DNA from: Takakia lepidozioides
Lineage: Eukaryota > Plantae > Bryophyta
Assembly: GCA_030704615.1 (NCBI GenBank)
Contig: CM060733.1
Location: 54,498,001 to 54,562,000 of the forward strand
Length of the DNA: 64,000 bases
Direction: 5' to 3'
Position numbers and translations under genes: made by a program. The notes beneath the pieces are model-generated. The model had not been told where the DNA came from. It searched no databases and worked only from the letters and a program-made list of their open reading frames with translations. Below, piece after piece: positions 48,278 through 60,765 of this stretch (its first letter is position 1; each line of letters opens with the position of its first letter).

Positions 48278-50337
48278 CTTGACGTAAGTAATAACAATAA
48301 TGTACTAACTTAATGCACATGTGCAAACTTTGACAGCACGTTATGCAGGTTTTTGGAATGCCAAATCTTCCCCCACCCCTCTGGAGAGTGAGAGGGAACT
48401 GAAGGGCGTGTAACTCCAATTAGGGTGACACTGGTTACATGGGAGGGAGTGTAACTCTACTCCGTGTAAGAGACACTTGGTCTCAAAATTTGACTAAGTC
48501 CAAATTTGGCGGAGTATAAATTTGGTCTACTTGGGCTTAACGCAATAATCATTGACATGTCCAAATGTCTTTAACTTGTGAGATGCCTAGCTTTCCCAGA
48601 TTAACCCGCTTGTAGCCTGACAAAGGGGATGTTAGGGTTGAAGAAGAGGAAATTGACGCACAATTAGTTTGACATGATGGGTTGTCTATAATGTTTATTT
48701 TCCTTGGTGGGAACAAAGGAAAGGCACCAAAAAATTCCATTGATAAAGAGACGTGGAAAAAATAAGCATGCGGGGCCTTCAAGGCTTACACATTGTTTGG
48801 TTGCAATAGGAACCAAATTATGCATGCATGGAGTTTTAACCTACTGATCTGTTGTTATCTATCCAAGCTCTTTGAGTGACTCTGAACAAGCGCCATTGCC
48901 CATTCAGCTCATGCTTATATGAAATCAGGTCCACACCCACACACAATGTCATGGTTTAGTCATGGTTAACTGGAATCACCTATTTCTAGTTAATTAAGAC
49001 ATTTTCGATATTTATATTTGTATCTACTGTGTTGGGACTTCATTTGGTCTCATATGTCATGTGAAGTGTCAAACCTCACTTGGGACATGGGGTTGGTTTC
49101 CCCCCCTTTGAGGGTTGAGGAGGGCTCATGTGCTCATTGTGACATAGCTTTTTAGGATTGTGTGCTTAGAATGTGTGGTGGACACCGATGTATGTGTGGC
49201 ACGATGCTTAGGTGCACGACAACAAGCATACACAAATCTACAGGTTATCCACTTGTTGATTTTTGAATATACATGCTGTCAGCTTGGCATGCTCGAAATA
49301 AACTGGCAGGTAAGCCTTCCTCAATACTTTCTATCCCGAGCCTCCATCTCTTTGGCAACGCCTCTTCTGTGACGACGTGCGCCATTCTCCTTAGCATGAG
49401 GGCTGTTAGGGGCATTGCTTGCACCCGTGGGGACAGTCTCAGGGGCCTGCTGTGTTGCTTGTATGTTAGGCCACCCATAGTCACCCCAACCACCACTTCC
49501 TCCCATAGGGGGGAGTCCCCATGGTCCCCACGGGTTTGCTGCCCAGTTGTATTGGCCCGCCCAAGGAGGGGGACAACTGGTGTAAGACTAGGAGGGTGGA
49601 TGTGAGAGAGAGGCACTTTCTCTACTGTGTGCCTCTTCTTCTTTTTGCAGGACTGGTTCTACAGTCCAGCATATAAACAGTTAGCTTACATACTAGAGCA
49701 AAGGGAGGTGATCAGGAAATAGTATCCTTCGCCACCCTGAAAACAATGGTGTGGACATACATGAGGCTGTTCTCATCCCTTGCTGTCAAACTTCTGCTGT
49801 GAAGTTGAAGTGGCATACATTATCGCTCCTCTGTGACCTATGCATAACTGCGTAGGAACTGATATTTTTAGGGGGTAGATAACGAATCCTCAAGGGATGT
49901 AATTGAAGGACATCAACGCTGCAATTAATTGTGGGGACTCCAACAGAGAGACCGTCAAGGACATTCTGAAGCACTTAGACAGTGATCATCATTGTACAAC
50001 AAGTTGTGCAAATCAGATGTGATGCTCAGGTGTGACCAATGGATAAGTGAATTCAAGGCTTCTAGGAAAAAAAATTGACAGGATCAGTCACGCCTATTCC
50101 CAAATCGCTTCCCAAGGAATTCCTGAGAGGCTGTGGTGAAACTACCTTAATGTCAGTCCCATGTGTAAACTGCCCCATGAAGTTTATATCTGGAGAATGA
50201 GCACCTACAAAAGTAAGTTGACCATGGTTTACATCAACATGACTACACACGTGTCTCTTTCTTTCCCTCTCTAAATCAATACACGTCTCCCAGAGAGACA
50301 AGATTATATCAAATTAATTGAGAGAGACAGATACTCA

Positions 50338-50740
50338 CCAAATGAGCTGCTTGCACACTTGTAACCCCAGCCCACTTACTGTGGTGAGGAGTTTTCACTG
50401 CTGCCCGTGCCCGCTTCATAATAGTTGATCTATGTACGGCTTTCTCTGAGGTCCAATGAATCACCAATCCATCCCACTGCTTCTGGGGAACATATCCGGG
50501 CTCGCAGCCACCATTTGTCCAAAGTACCTTCCACCTCACAAGTTCCGATTTGAGAAGGTGACCAATGTGTGAGCGGAGCACTGCGTCAGTCAATGGATGG
50601 TCCTGGTATTCAAACTGATGGGACAATATGTCCTTGATGGCAACAATTTTCTCCACAGGCTGCAGTCGAACATCATCAATTGATACCCTCAAGTGATCTG
50701 CAACCATTTGGGCCTTCCATCCGCAATCATCTTTCCCTTC
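50338..50740 (-). pseudogene. Ptta/En/Spm (Transposase_24-like, CACTA ORF2) exon relic
   Basis: PGYVPQKQWDGLVIHWTSEK..RSTIMKRAR..KTPHH..AG pattern, ending at a gtgagt donor. Confidence 0.55.
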
Positions 50741-51106
50741 TCATTTCACTGGAGCAGCAATGTAGATGAGAGTGGATTCAGCAATACGGGAAGAGCGTCA
50801 GTCACCCTCCCAATACTGAGTCTTTCTCATATTTTGGGGATGCCCTAGCTTCATCTATTTTGCTGCTAAATTTTCAGGACATACTTACTTTCCCCTGCAA
50901 TCTGTTGACACCTCTGCATGAAGGTATTCCATAGAGCACGCCACTGCCGCTGTCACATGACCTACTTCAATTGTGCTCTTCACCATGGGCAGCTCTGAGA
51001 GTATCAGTGGTCTGTCACATTCACCAATTGATTCTTTTCACATCACTAATTACAGAAATGAGGCCAAACTGTGGAGAAATTCCTTCTTTCATATTTGTTG
51101 CTTGTT

Positions 51107-54100
51107 TCACCAGAAATCCCCACAAGAACATCCCCCATCTTGGAAGTGGTGAAAGCCGTTGGCATCCCGTACAACAATTGCTCGCCCAACAATCTTTGAG
51201 ATCAACTTGGTGGCTGTATGGCAGTCACCACATACCCGAAGGTTCTTGTTGACACGAAGAGGCGTCCCTGGGGCCGTGCTGATCAGCCCAAAAGCAATGG
51301 CCAGTCTCTCACTGTGGTAGCAGACAGACAATGCCTTTTGCTCCTCCTCCACATCACGCAACACAAAGCGCATGTGCGGCAGGAACCCTGCCTCCCTAAT
51401 CTGCCCATACAATCTTCTCAGCTCAGCATGGATTTCCTCGATTCGGGGATGCAGTTGGTCATTTACCACAAATGTGTGCACCCTGTTGCCGACCTCAATG
51501 GAGCAGCAACCAGGCTGCTTTTTGATACCTCTGACTTTCATCATGTTCCTAACCTTTGCAGTATCATCCCACCTGCCAGCTGCCGCATAGATATTTGATA
51601 GCAAAGCGTAAGTCGTAGCATCCTGTTGATCCCACCTGAGAATAGATTTTGCCGCACGCTCTGCCACCTCCACATTGCCATGAATTCTGCAGGCACCTAG
51701 CAAAGCTTTCCACACTACAGCATTTGGTTGGACTGGCATTTTGTTAATGAAGTCCTCCGCCTCATCCAATTGCCCTGCACGACCAAGAAGGTCCACCATG
51801 CACCCAAAATGCTCCACTGTACAAGTGAGGCCATGATCTCGACTCAGGGAAAGAAAATAGTGTCTGCCCTCATCCACAAGGCCCCCATGACTACATGCTT
51901 GGAGAACACATATAAAGGTGATAATGTTTGGCTTCAAGCCTTCCTTCTGCATTCCTTCAAATAGTTGCAGGGCCTCCCTACGCCAACCATGCTGTGCATA
52001 TCCTGCAATCATTGCACTCCATGACACCACATTTCGTTCAGCCATATTGTCAAACACTCCCTTTGCATCCTCGATGCTCCCGCATTTCGCGTACATGTCG
52101 ACAAGGGCAGTGTCCAGAATGACATCTCGTACAATTCCAGCTCTCATGATGTCAGCATGGACCTCTTTACCCTTTTCCAGAGCTGCCAGGCTTCCACACA
52201 CATTGAGAACACAAATGAACGTGACCCAGTCGGGCTTCAGCCCTCCCTGAATCATTTGCTCATAGGTCCCCAAAGCCTCAATCCTGCACCCATGCTGGGC
52301 ATATCCTGCAATCATCACATTCCACGACACCACATTTTGTTCAACCATATTGTCGAACACACCCTTTGCATCCTTGATGCTCCCACATTTTGCATACATG
52401 TCCACAAGAGTATTGTTCAGAATTATATTTGGTACAATTCCAGCTTTCATTATGTCGGCATGGACCTTTTTACCCTTTTCCAGGGTTGCCAAGCTCGCAC
52501 ATGCGTTGAGAACGCAAACAAACGTGATCTGGTCGGGATTCACCCCCTCCAGCATCATTTGCTTGTACGTCCCCAACGCCTCTATCCCACACCCATGCTG
52601 GGAGTATCCTGCAATCATTGCATTCCATGACACCACATTTCGTTCAGTCATATTGTCGAACACTCTCTTTGCATCTTCGATGCTCCCGCATTTTGCATAC
52701 ATGTCCACAAGAGTAGTGTCCAGAACAATATCTGGTACAATTCCAGCCTTCACGATGTCAGCATGGACCTCTTTGCCCTTTTCCAGGATTGCCAGGCTGG
52801 CACACGCATTGCAAATGCAAATGAATGTGACCCGGTCAGGCTTCACCCCTTCCAGAACCATTTGCTCATAGGTCTCCAAAGCGTCCATCCCGCACCCATG
52901 CTGGGCATAACCTGTGATCATGGCACTCCATGACACCACATTTCGTTCAGCCATATTGTCGAACACTCCCCTTGCATCCTTGGTGCTCCCGCATTTGGCA
53001 TACATGTCCACGAGGGTGTTGTTCAGGATCATATTTGGTACAATTCCAGCTTTCACAATGTCAGTATGGACCTCTTTGCCCTTTTCCAGGGCTCCTATGC
53101 TCGCACATGCATGGCAAATGCAAACAAACGTGACCTGGTCAGGTGTCACCCCTTCCCTCATCATCTGATCATAGGTCCCAAAAGCCTCCTCCCCGCACCC
53201 ATGCTGGGCGTATCCTGCGATCATGGCATTCCATGACACAACATTTCGTTCAACCATATTATCAAATACTCCCTTTGCATCCTTGATGCTCCCGCATTTG
53301 GCATACATGTCCACAAGGGAAGTATTGAGAATCATGTTTGGTACAATTCCAGCTTTCCTGATCTCAGCATGGATCTCTTTGCCCTTCTTCAGGGCTGCCA
53401 GGTTCGCGCATGCCTTGAGAATGGAAACAAACGTGACCTGGTTGGGCATCACCCCTTCCTGTATCATTTGCTCATAGGTTTCCAAGGCATTCCTACCACA
53501 CCCGTGCTTGGTATATCCCGCCAACATAATATTCCACGTGATCAAACTTCGTTCAGGCATTTTGTCAAACACTCGGTGTGCATCCACGATACTACCACAT
53601 TTGACATACATATTGACAAGAGTGTTAAGTAGAAACACGTTTGGCTTGAATCCACTGTGGATGATGTGGGCATGGACCTGCTTTCCTGCTGCTAGGCCTT
53701 TGATCTTGATACATGCATGCAAGAGACAGAGATAAGTTTCGGAATCTGCTGAACTGCCTCCTTGGTTCAAAATATCCAGAGCCTCTATCACTTGTCCTGC
53801 CTCACACAGTGTCCTCACATGCCCACAAGTGCCAGAAGATATGTTGTGGACTCCCTCTCTTGGTCCTCGTACGGAGGCAATGGTCATGGTAGAGGTGCAT
53901 GATTTTATTAACTGTTCTTCCGGTTGACCATCTACCCATGCAAGTTTCTTGTAGCTACCAATCCAGAGAGGCTCATTGGTACTCCTGTGATTGAAATCTG
54001 GCCCTCTCTGATTGATCTGGATCCACACTCCATCCCTGTCTCCTTCAGCTATCCCTGCCTTGACAAATAATATGCATAGATCCTCCACCATGCTGCAATG

Positions 54101-56223
54101 ACAATCTAAAAGTTATCTAGCACATAACCCAACCCTACCCACCACACACTAGTTCCTATGCTGAAATGAATGTGGTGGGGAGAGAGGGAGGATCACAAAT
54201 TGCAAGAAAGTTTTTTCAATGGTGCTTCTGGTTCTGCTGTAACATAACAGGCCTTCACCTTTTTGCCTTGATTGTCCCACCATTGACTGGGGTTTGCAGA
54301 ATATTCCTTCCAAAGCTTCTCACTTCTGTTTTTGGTTTTTGAGTATTGGTCTGCAACCCCAATGGTATAACATGTCAAAAACACTCAGAACCACCATAGA
54401 TCCACTGGATGAGATAACCATGATAGAAAAGTCGGCACAAATGTCACAGAAAAACTAGCTACACAAGGTCAAGCACAATGTGCTGAGGGCACCTTCTTCA
54501 ACACATCTAGGCTCGTTTTGTCCTCTCATGTGTGCGGTGCTTATGTCTGTAGTTTTCAACTCATCCTCCTAAGACCAAGCTGACCCAACCAATTACCTTG
54601 TACGCGCCAGGAAAACCTGTTGGGCAATCCATTTTCACGGCTTGCTTAGGAGGAACAACCTATGATAACGACAGGAAGATCCACATTTGTGGAACAGACA
54701 AACTCCTTCCAGTCATGCATGGCACTGCTGGATCCCTGGAAAGAACTTTTGAGGCCAGTCACCTCCTTCCAGCCGGCTGCCTCTTGTTAGGTAGCAAGTA
54801 CAATACAAGCATGGAGCAGGTCATGCCCAGAGCATCATAGGTAAATTAGTAGACCTCAAGAGCATATATAGTGCCGCCTAAAACTACTTTCTGATATGGA
54901 TGTGTATAACTAGATACACCTGTATCAAAAAGAAGTTGTAGGCTGCATGTGATGCATGCTCTTGAGACTAATGGACCTTTGATGCGATGGGCATGAATTG
55001 CTGCATGTGTGTATTGTAGTTGATAACCAACAAGAAGGAGGTGGCCAGAAAGTGGAGACTGGCCCAGTGATCCAACATTAGTGTTCTTGATTCGTAGGAT
55101 AAGAAACTGAAGCCACACCTTGTCATCAGGGCTGTGCCACCGTTGTGAAAGATCTTTGGAGAACTTTTGCCAGCGCTGTTCCATGCTCCATTGTTGACCT
55201 TCGTTCCAGACACTCCAAGAGCATCAAAGCTCTGACAGGTTCTTTTAGGGAAGGTGCTAGTGTAGCTTTTGATAATGTTCATGCAGGTCACTCTGGGTTC
55301 CATCTCAAGTGGCACAGTGAGGAGCTTGCAAACAGATCCAAACTTACAGATGCTAAACAAGTTTGTCAATGACAAGGCTACCCCTCATAATTAGGCTCAT
55401 TGTGAGTAACACTCACTTTCGACTTGAAAGTCCGAAGGAGCTCCACCACTGACACCAGAATCGGGACTGCAGTCTGATATCCTTGAACCATCACCAGAAT
55501 GTTCTCGATCTTGTGTCACGGCAATTAGCTCGTCTGTCACCCGCGGATTGAACCAACCCTCTCCCCACAGGACCTCTTGTGTGCACTGTTTCCGTGTGCA
55601 GTATGCAGATTTTGCATTTTTCTGTGAAAACCAACCAGGGTGCAGCTGAGCAGCCACAATTTTATCCGAACCACAACCAAAACCCTCCCAAGTGCCTTGC
55701 AAACTCCAGGGAAAAACTGTTAGGCATCCTAATTTCATCCCCTGCTTAGATAGAAAACCAACGATACTGCCTGTAAGAGCAGCTATTGCAAAACAAACGC
55801 AGAATCTGACCAGGGGTACAATCCAGTCCACAACATATCACCATAACATCAGTCCATCAAACTCCCTCCATCACCGGCTCCCTCGTCTCCTACAATCGAA
55901 AATAAACGAAAGCGCACCTTCTCACCGCTGTCGTCCCACAATTGTGAACGTTCTGAAAGCAACTCCTGCCAGCGATGGTCCATGCTCCCTACGGTACAAA
56001 AATCACAGCGAACCCCCTCAAAAAAGAGAACCTCAAGTTGTTTCGTGTCATTGCCTAATTTCATTGGCATCCCTAAAGGCTTGGCAGGCGCCATATCCAC
56101 CACTTGCAGAGGGCCCAAGCACGCTGCCATTCCCGGCAGCCCGCGCTGAGAGGAAGCCGCAGCGGGAGATAGCAAGCCTTTGTTGTCATCCATCCAGGAA
56201 ATGGATGTATAAACCACAACCAT
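51107..56223 (-). CDS. PLS-E1-E2-DYW (PG-type, ends DFW) PPR C-to-U RNA editing factor with N-terminal OSB-type PDF motifs
   Basis: Exon 54016-51107 has 20 PLS motifs, E1/E2, KKQPG box, HSERLA, CGDCH and CSCGDFW. Phase-compatible upstream exons 56223-55918, 55621-55417, 55198-55119, 54568-54493 and 54350-54259 give a 1222-aa model. The PPR-DYW part and the exon 54350-54259 link are strong; the more 5' exons and start are tentative. Confidence 0.85.
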
Positions 56224-58146
56224 AGCGCACTTTCGGGACCGCTTGGGAACCGTACCAGCCCGGTAGTTGCTGGTGTGGGAACTGGATGGACATGGATGAC
56301 CGGTGAGGGGAACGTGAACCTAGTGTGCTAGGCGTAGAGTCAGCTTCATCACAAGAAGAGTTGCAAGAGTAGCCCACTGAAAGCTTCCGCATGATTCCGA
56401 AGAAGTATAAGGAATGGCAAGAATTGGACGTGGGACGATCCAAAATATTGAGTCATTTCTGCAACGGTCGATTTTGAAGAGAGAGAGTGTGATGGCCCGT
56501 TCTCTCCCTATCATAGCCGTTGATCAGCTTTGGCGGAGTAGATTAGATTACTTGGGCTTAAGCCAATAGCGCCGCCGCATATGGCGATGACATGTCAGAC
56601 ACTTGGATGATGTTAAAAGGACTGGGGGTGGCATTTTGGTGTTCATTTCTTGTGTACTGAGTGTGACAGAGATAGTGCTTGTGTGTTCCTGTGTGTTTAT
56701 CGTGCATCCACTACTTCTGTTGGCGGCTCCTCTGCGAATGATTCCCCCTTCGTCGTGAAGCTGCTGCCGAGCCACATCCCCCTAATCAAAGCGTTTCTCA
56801 CCATGTTGTCTGTCTACTGTTGTCTCCCGCTCGTTGCATTACAATTCCTTGTTGTGTGTTTGTGCTATTTCGTGATTCATCATGGTTTCTAAACTTGCTG
56901 CAGGCGATTCATCTTCGCAATTTGCAGCTTCTTCTCCTGCTCGACGCCTCTCTGGTGAGGGCACCAGCTCTCCATCCCCTAGGATGCACCACGCTGATCG
57001 AGCAGACCGTGATTGATAAGGGATAAGGGATAAGAATGGGGTTCAATACCCGTAGATTTCTGGCAGAAGACGCCCACGACTTGGCAATTCTTGACTGCTG
57101 CTGATTATTCCAGTGAAGACTGCTACGCATTAACTCCACAAAGATGTGGCCAGCTGATACGCAAGGAGGGAGGCCAACCGTTTATTCCAACCCCTTAGAC
57201 AGACAGACAGGCAGTGTGGGGAGCAAATCACCGTGCCAATCCCACAACGCCCGAATATCTGTAAAGTGGAAACGTTCATTCTTTTGTCTCTTGTTGTTAT
57301 TGTTTCATTTCCACAATGCCCAGCACCTCTAAGTCTTGGTTGAGGTCCGGGTTTGATAGGATTATGTCCTTAGACGAGGTTCCTTCGGTAATAGGAGGCA
57401 GTGGTAATGATAATAGTAGCATGTCACGAAGAACTTGCGAATCGCTCAGCCAAAACCAGCCCTGAGCATACGCCTGTCTTGAATTCGGCTGTCTCACCTT
57501 GAACTGAGATTCGTTCTAGCCAAGGCGTTTCACTAGTCATATCACCACTGAGTGATGAAAACTCGAACAGGGAGATCCCCGCGAGATTAAACCTGAGTGT
57601 CATCAAACCCTTACCAAAGGAGAGTCCTCTGGAATCTGACAGTGAAAACCCTATTTTAAGTAATTCCGAACTTTTGGCTTAAATCCGGACCAAACTTAAT
57701 ATATAACATAATTAAAATTAATTCAGGTATTAATAATAATATCGTGAAACAACTTTCACAAATTGCCACGCGGTTTATACTCAGGACATTTTTTAGACCA
57801 ATCATATTGAGCCCAACAATACGACCATGTGGACCGAGAATGAAGGAGATGGGCAAATCTATTGAGGAGAAGACTGAGAACCAGAAAACCAAAAGAAATG
57901 GGTGTAATGTGAGAGAGGAACTGCAAAGAGAATGAAGCAGTGACATCAGGAAAACTAGGAACTCCGGATGATCACTCAAGGTTCCTGAAACGTTATAGAG
58001 ATGAGGTTCGGAAAAAAGCTGGTGGCTGGCAAAGAAGGTAGATTAATATTTGAAGACTTGAAGAGAAACAAATGGAGAGTGGAGATAAAACATTAGTTTT
58101 ATTCTTGAAAACATGCCGAGGAGTGAACCTCCACAATATGTCCTTG

Positions 58147-60753
58147 TCAACCTTGTTCTCCGCCCGAGGTTGCATTGTCTTCATTGTCTGACAGTTGATG
58201 GGCCTCATCCAAATTTGTTCGTGCTTTCTCCGCCTCCACCGCGGTAATTTTCTTAGAGCTATTACGTGTCGTGTTTTTTCTGGCGGGCATTGTCCAAACG
58301 ACAGAGTTAATGTGAATCCACTGAGGGGGATCATCTAGATTGAACTCCCAAACTTTGGACCAACAATCTCTATACCTGTCCAAATCGGAAGGGCTACCTC
58401 CTTTCTTGGGTCTCCACCATTCGACGTGAACCTTCTTAAAATTCCTGGATCCTCTGTCGTGGACCACATCCGATATTGTCATCCCCATCCAAACTGGAAA
58501 CGTCATAGTATCTACTGGTCGAACCAAGATGGATTTAGAGGCTGCTTCGGTCTAAGAGCTCACTCCTCTCGCAGTTAGGAGCGACAGAAAAGCCAGCATC
58601 CACCTGTTTTTGTTTTCCTTCACGCAGTTGTCCAACTGCAGGTAGAGTCTTCGCGGAAGTGGGACTTTTCTTTTTTTCTTCTCCTTATCGCCGAAAGGTT
58701 TCAGGACGTCGAGACACCTCGATTTACCCTTCATGAGAGATTCGAAAAAGGAATTCTGAGGTGGGTGGTCAAAGATGTTACGACTTTTGCGGCAAGAGGG
58801 CTTCTCTAGTTAGCGGAGGCATCTTGCTAGAGAGCCAATTGTGAAGTTCGGGTCTCCCGGCCAGAAGTCCAGAGAGTACTGTCCGTAGGCTCTGTCCCCG
58901 TGGCCGTGGGTGACCATGCCGGTTAGCGAGATTAGAAGCTGACCTAAGCCGGAGACCATCTTGTTCGTCGTCTGCAACCTTGGAATAGTTGTTTTTCGAT
59001 GATCCATCTTGTCATGAATGATGCAGAGGAACTCGGACGGCATCATAGCTGATTTATTCCTCCAGCTGTGATAAAGTCTCATGCAAAACTCTTAAAGCCT
59101 GAGGTGCTTATCAAGTGCTTTCTTGTGCGAGGCCTGTTCATCGCTACGTTTGACCGACTTCTTGATTAAGTCTTTGAGCATCTCACAGTCTGTGCATTTG
59201 GCAATTGTGCTACCACTTTTTTTATCCTCGACATTGGAAAAAATCCGTTGTCTGATTCTGCTGACGACTGCCTGGGAGATAGGCTTCAACCCACATATTT
59301 TACTCGCATGCAAGACAGACAGGGGGAAATGAACCTCGCAAGATCACCCGAGCTTTAATAGTGAGAGGTCTGATACATTGCGTGGAAGCAAAACAAGGAA
59401 GGTCCCAAAAAATATAGAATTCGGAAAGTGGTAAAAAGAAGAAGAATTGACCTCATTATATTCTTCATGAATTTTTTTCCAGTTCAGTTCAGGTGGCAAA
59501 ACTCGAAGAGTATCTCTCCGTCCGTCTCCAATACAGCGGGTCTTATGAGGCATGAGGTCGGAATTTCCGTTTATAATCGACATTAAGTTTCCTTCAACTT
59601 GACGAGTTTGTGAACGGGGCCGTTTCACTCCGGAATTCCCGTGCAACGATGTAACCACACCTTCTCTGCTTAGTTTTTTGTATTCCATGTAGGTTGAACG
59701 ACTGATTCCGTGAATTGTCCACCAAGCTGTCTCACACACACCTCAACATCCTCAATGGTTATGTAGGCCTTTGTCGAAACCCCGTCGATTCGATGAAGTC
59801 TTTTGGGAACATCAAAACCGAGCTCTCTCCGTTCGTCGTAAGAGGATCCCCAATAAGCGGTCCGGATAGCGAGTGTTTTTCTCCAGTCGAAATTATTGGC
59901 AACACTATAAATTGCAACATTGTTTGCTGCTGACTTCTCGAACTGCCTGTAGAGAGAGGCGAGTATTTATCTTTTTAGAATCGTCTTTTTTCGGATTTTT
60001 TTTTTGTCTGTTGAAATGCCGGTATGCTTGTTTTTTCACACTTTTCTCGTTGTGACCAATATCTGTTTGTTCCCGGCTATTGATGAAACTATGAAGCTCA
60101 TGTGACAATGTCCTGCCATTATCAATTAACCGAGTCTGCGTCAATGGCCAGTTCACGAGACACATGAGATTGGCCGAACCGCCATTCAAAATCCTTGTAA
60201 CGAGCACCCCGACGTGATGTTCTCCAACTTTCTCACAAAATATCACCTCGTCAGGATGACATGCTTGAATTATGCCCTCGTACAAAGCACTTAATTCATC
60301 TCCAAGGAGAATACACAATTTATTTCTCCAACTGTCTCTACCCATAGCAACATCGTTATTCGGAGACGGTCTTGACATATCAGATTCAATTTGTTCATTG
60401 AATTTTGGATGGTAATCAGCCGCAGATGTCAATTCGACCTCCGAGCACCGAGGAAACTCATTGTGGGTGTTGGTGTCAGTCCCAGTATCTTTTAAAATTT
60501 GCACCACATCCCAATCGACAGGTGTTCCGATTGCTTCTCCCAAAGAGTTCGCATCCATGTGCGGATATGGCAACGACACAGAAGAATGTGTCGGATCGCA
60601 AGTTACTATAACAACAGATATTGTGGACCCGTTTAGCTGTCGTCCATGGCAACTTCCGCAACCAGTCAGGTTGAGACATTCTGCTGTTGCGACGATAGAG
60701 TTCGAGCCCTGAAGAGTGAGGAAAACTTGTTGACCAGTTTGGAACAACGACAT
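58147..60753 (-). mobile_element. Disrupted DNA-transposon ORF, Sola-like DD-type transposase
   Basis: CETAWWTIHGISRS, KCTDC, CIIHDKMDHRKTTIPRL, LYLQLDNCVKENKNRWMLAFLSLL. Deletion after LLTARGV (~58555), then a C-terminal VWMG...VEWWRP...W domain; stops, frameshifts and an intron near 59310-59451. Superfamily assigned by motif recall. Confidence 0.65.
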
Positions 60754-60765
60754 TTCCACGAATCT

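Noticed and set aside
51107-51520. U-to-C (DYW:KP) editing domain
   Set aside because: It has a PG box, HSE and a DFW tail, typical of the C-to-U type.
54017-54091. ORF-track start MVEDLC for the PPR protein
   Set aside because: Lies upstream of an AG acceptor at 54017-54018 that completes a PDF motif with the previous exon, so it is probably intronic (an alternative start is not excluded).
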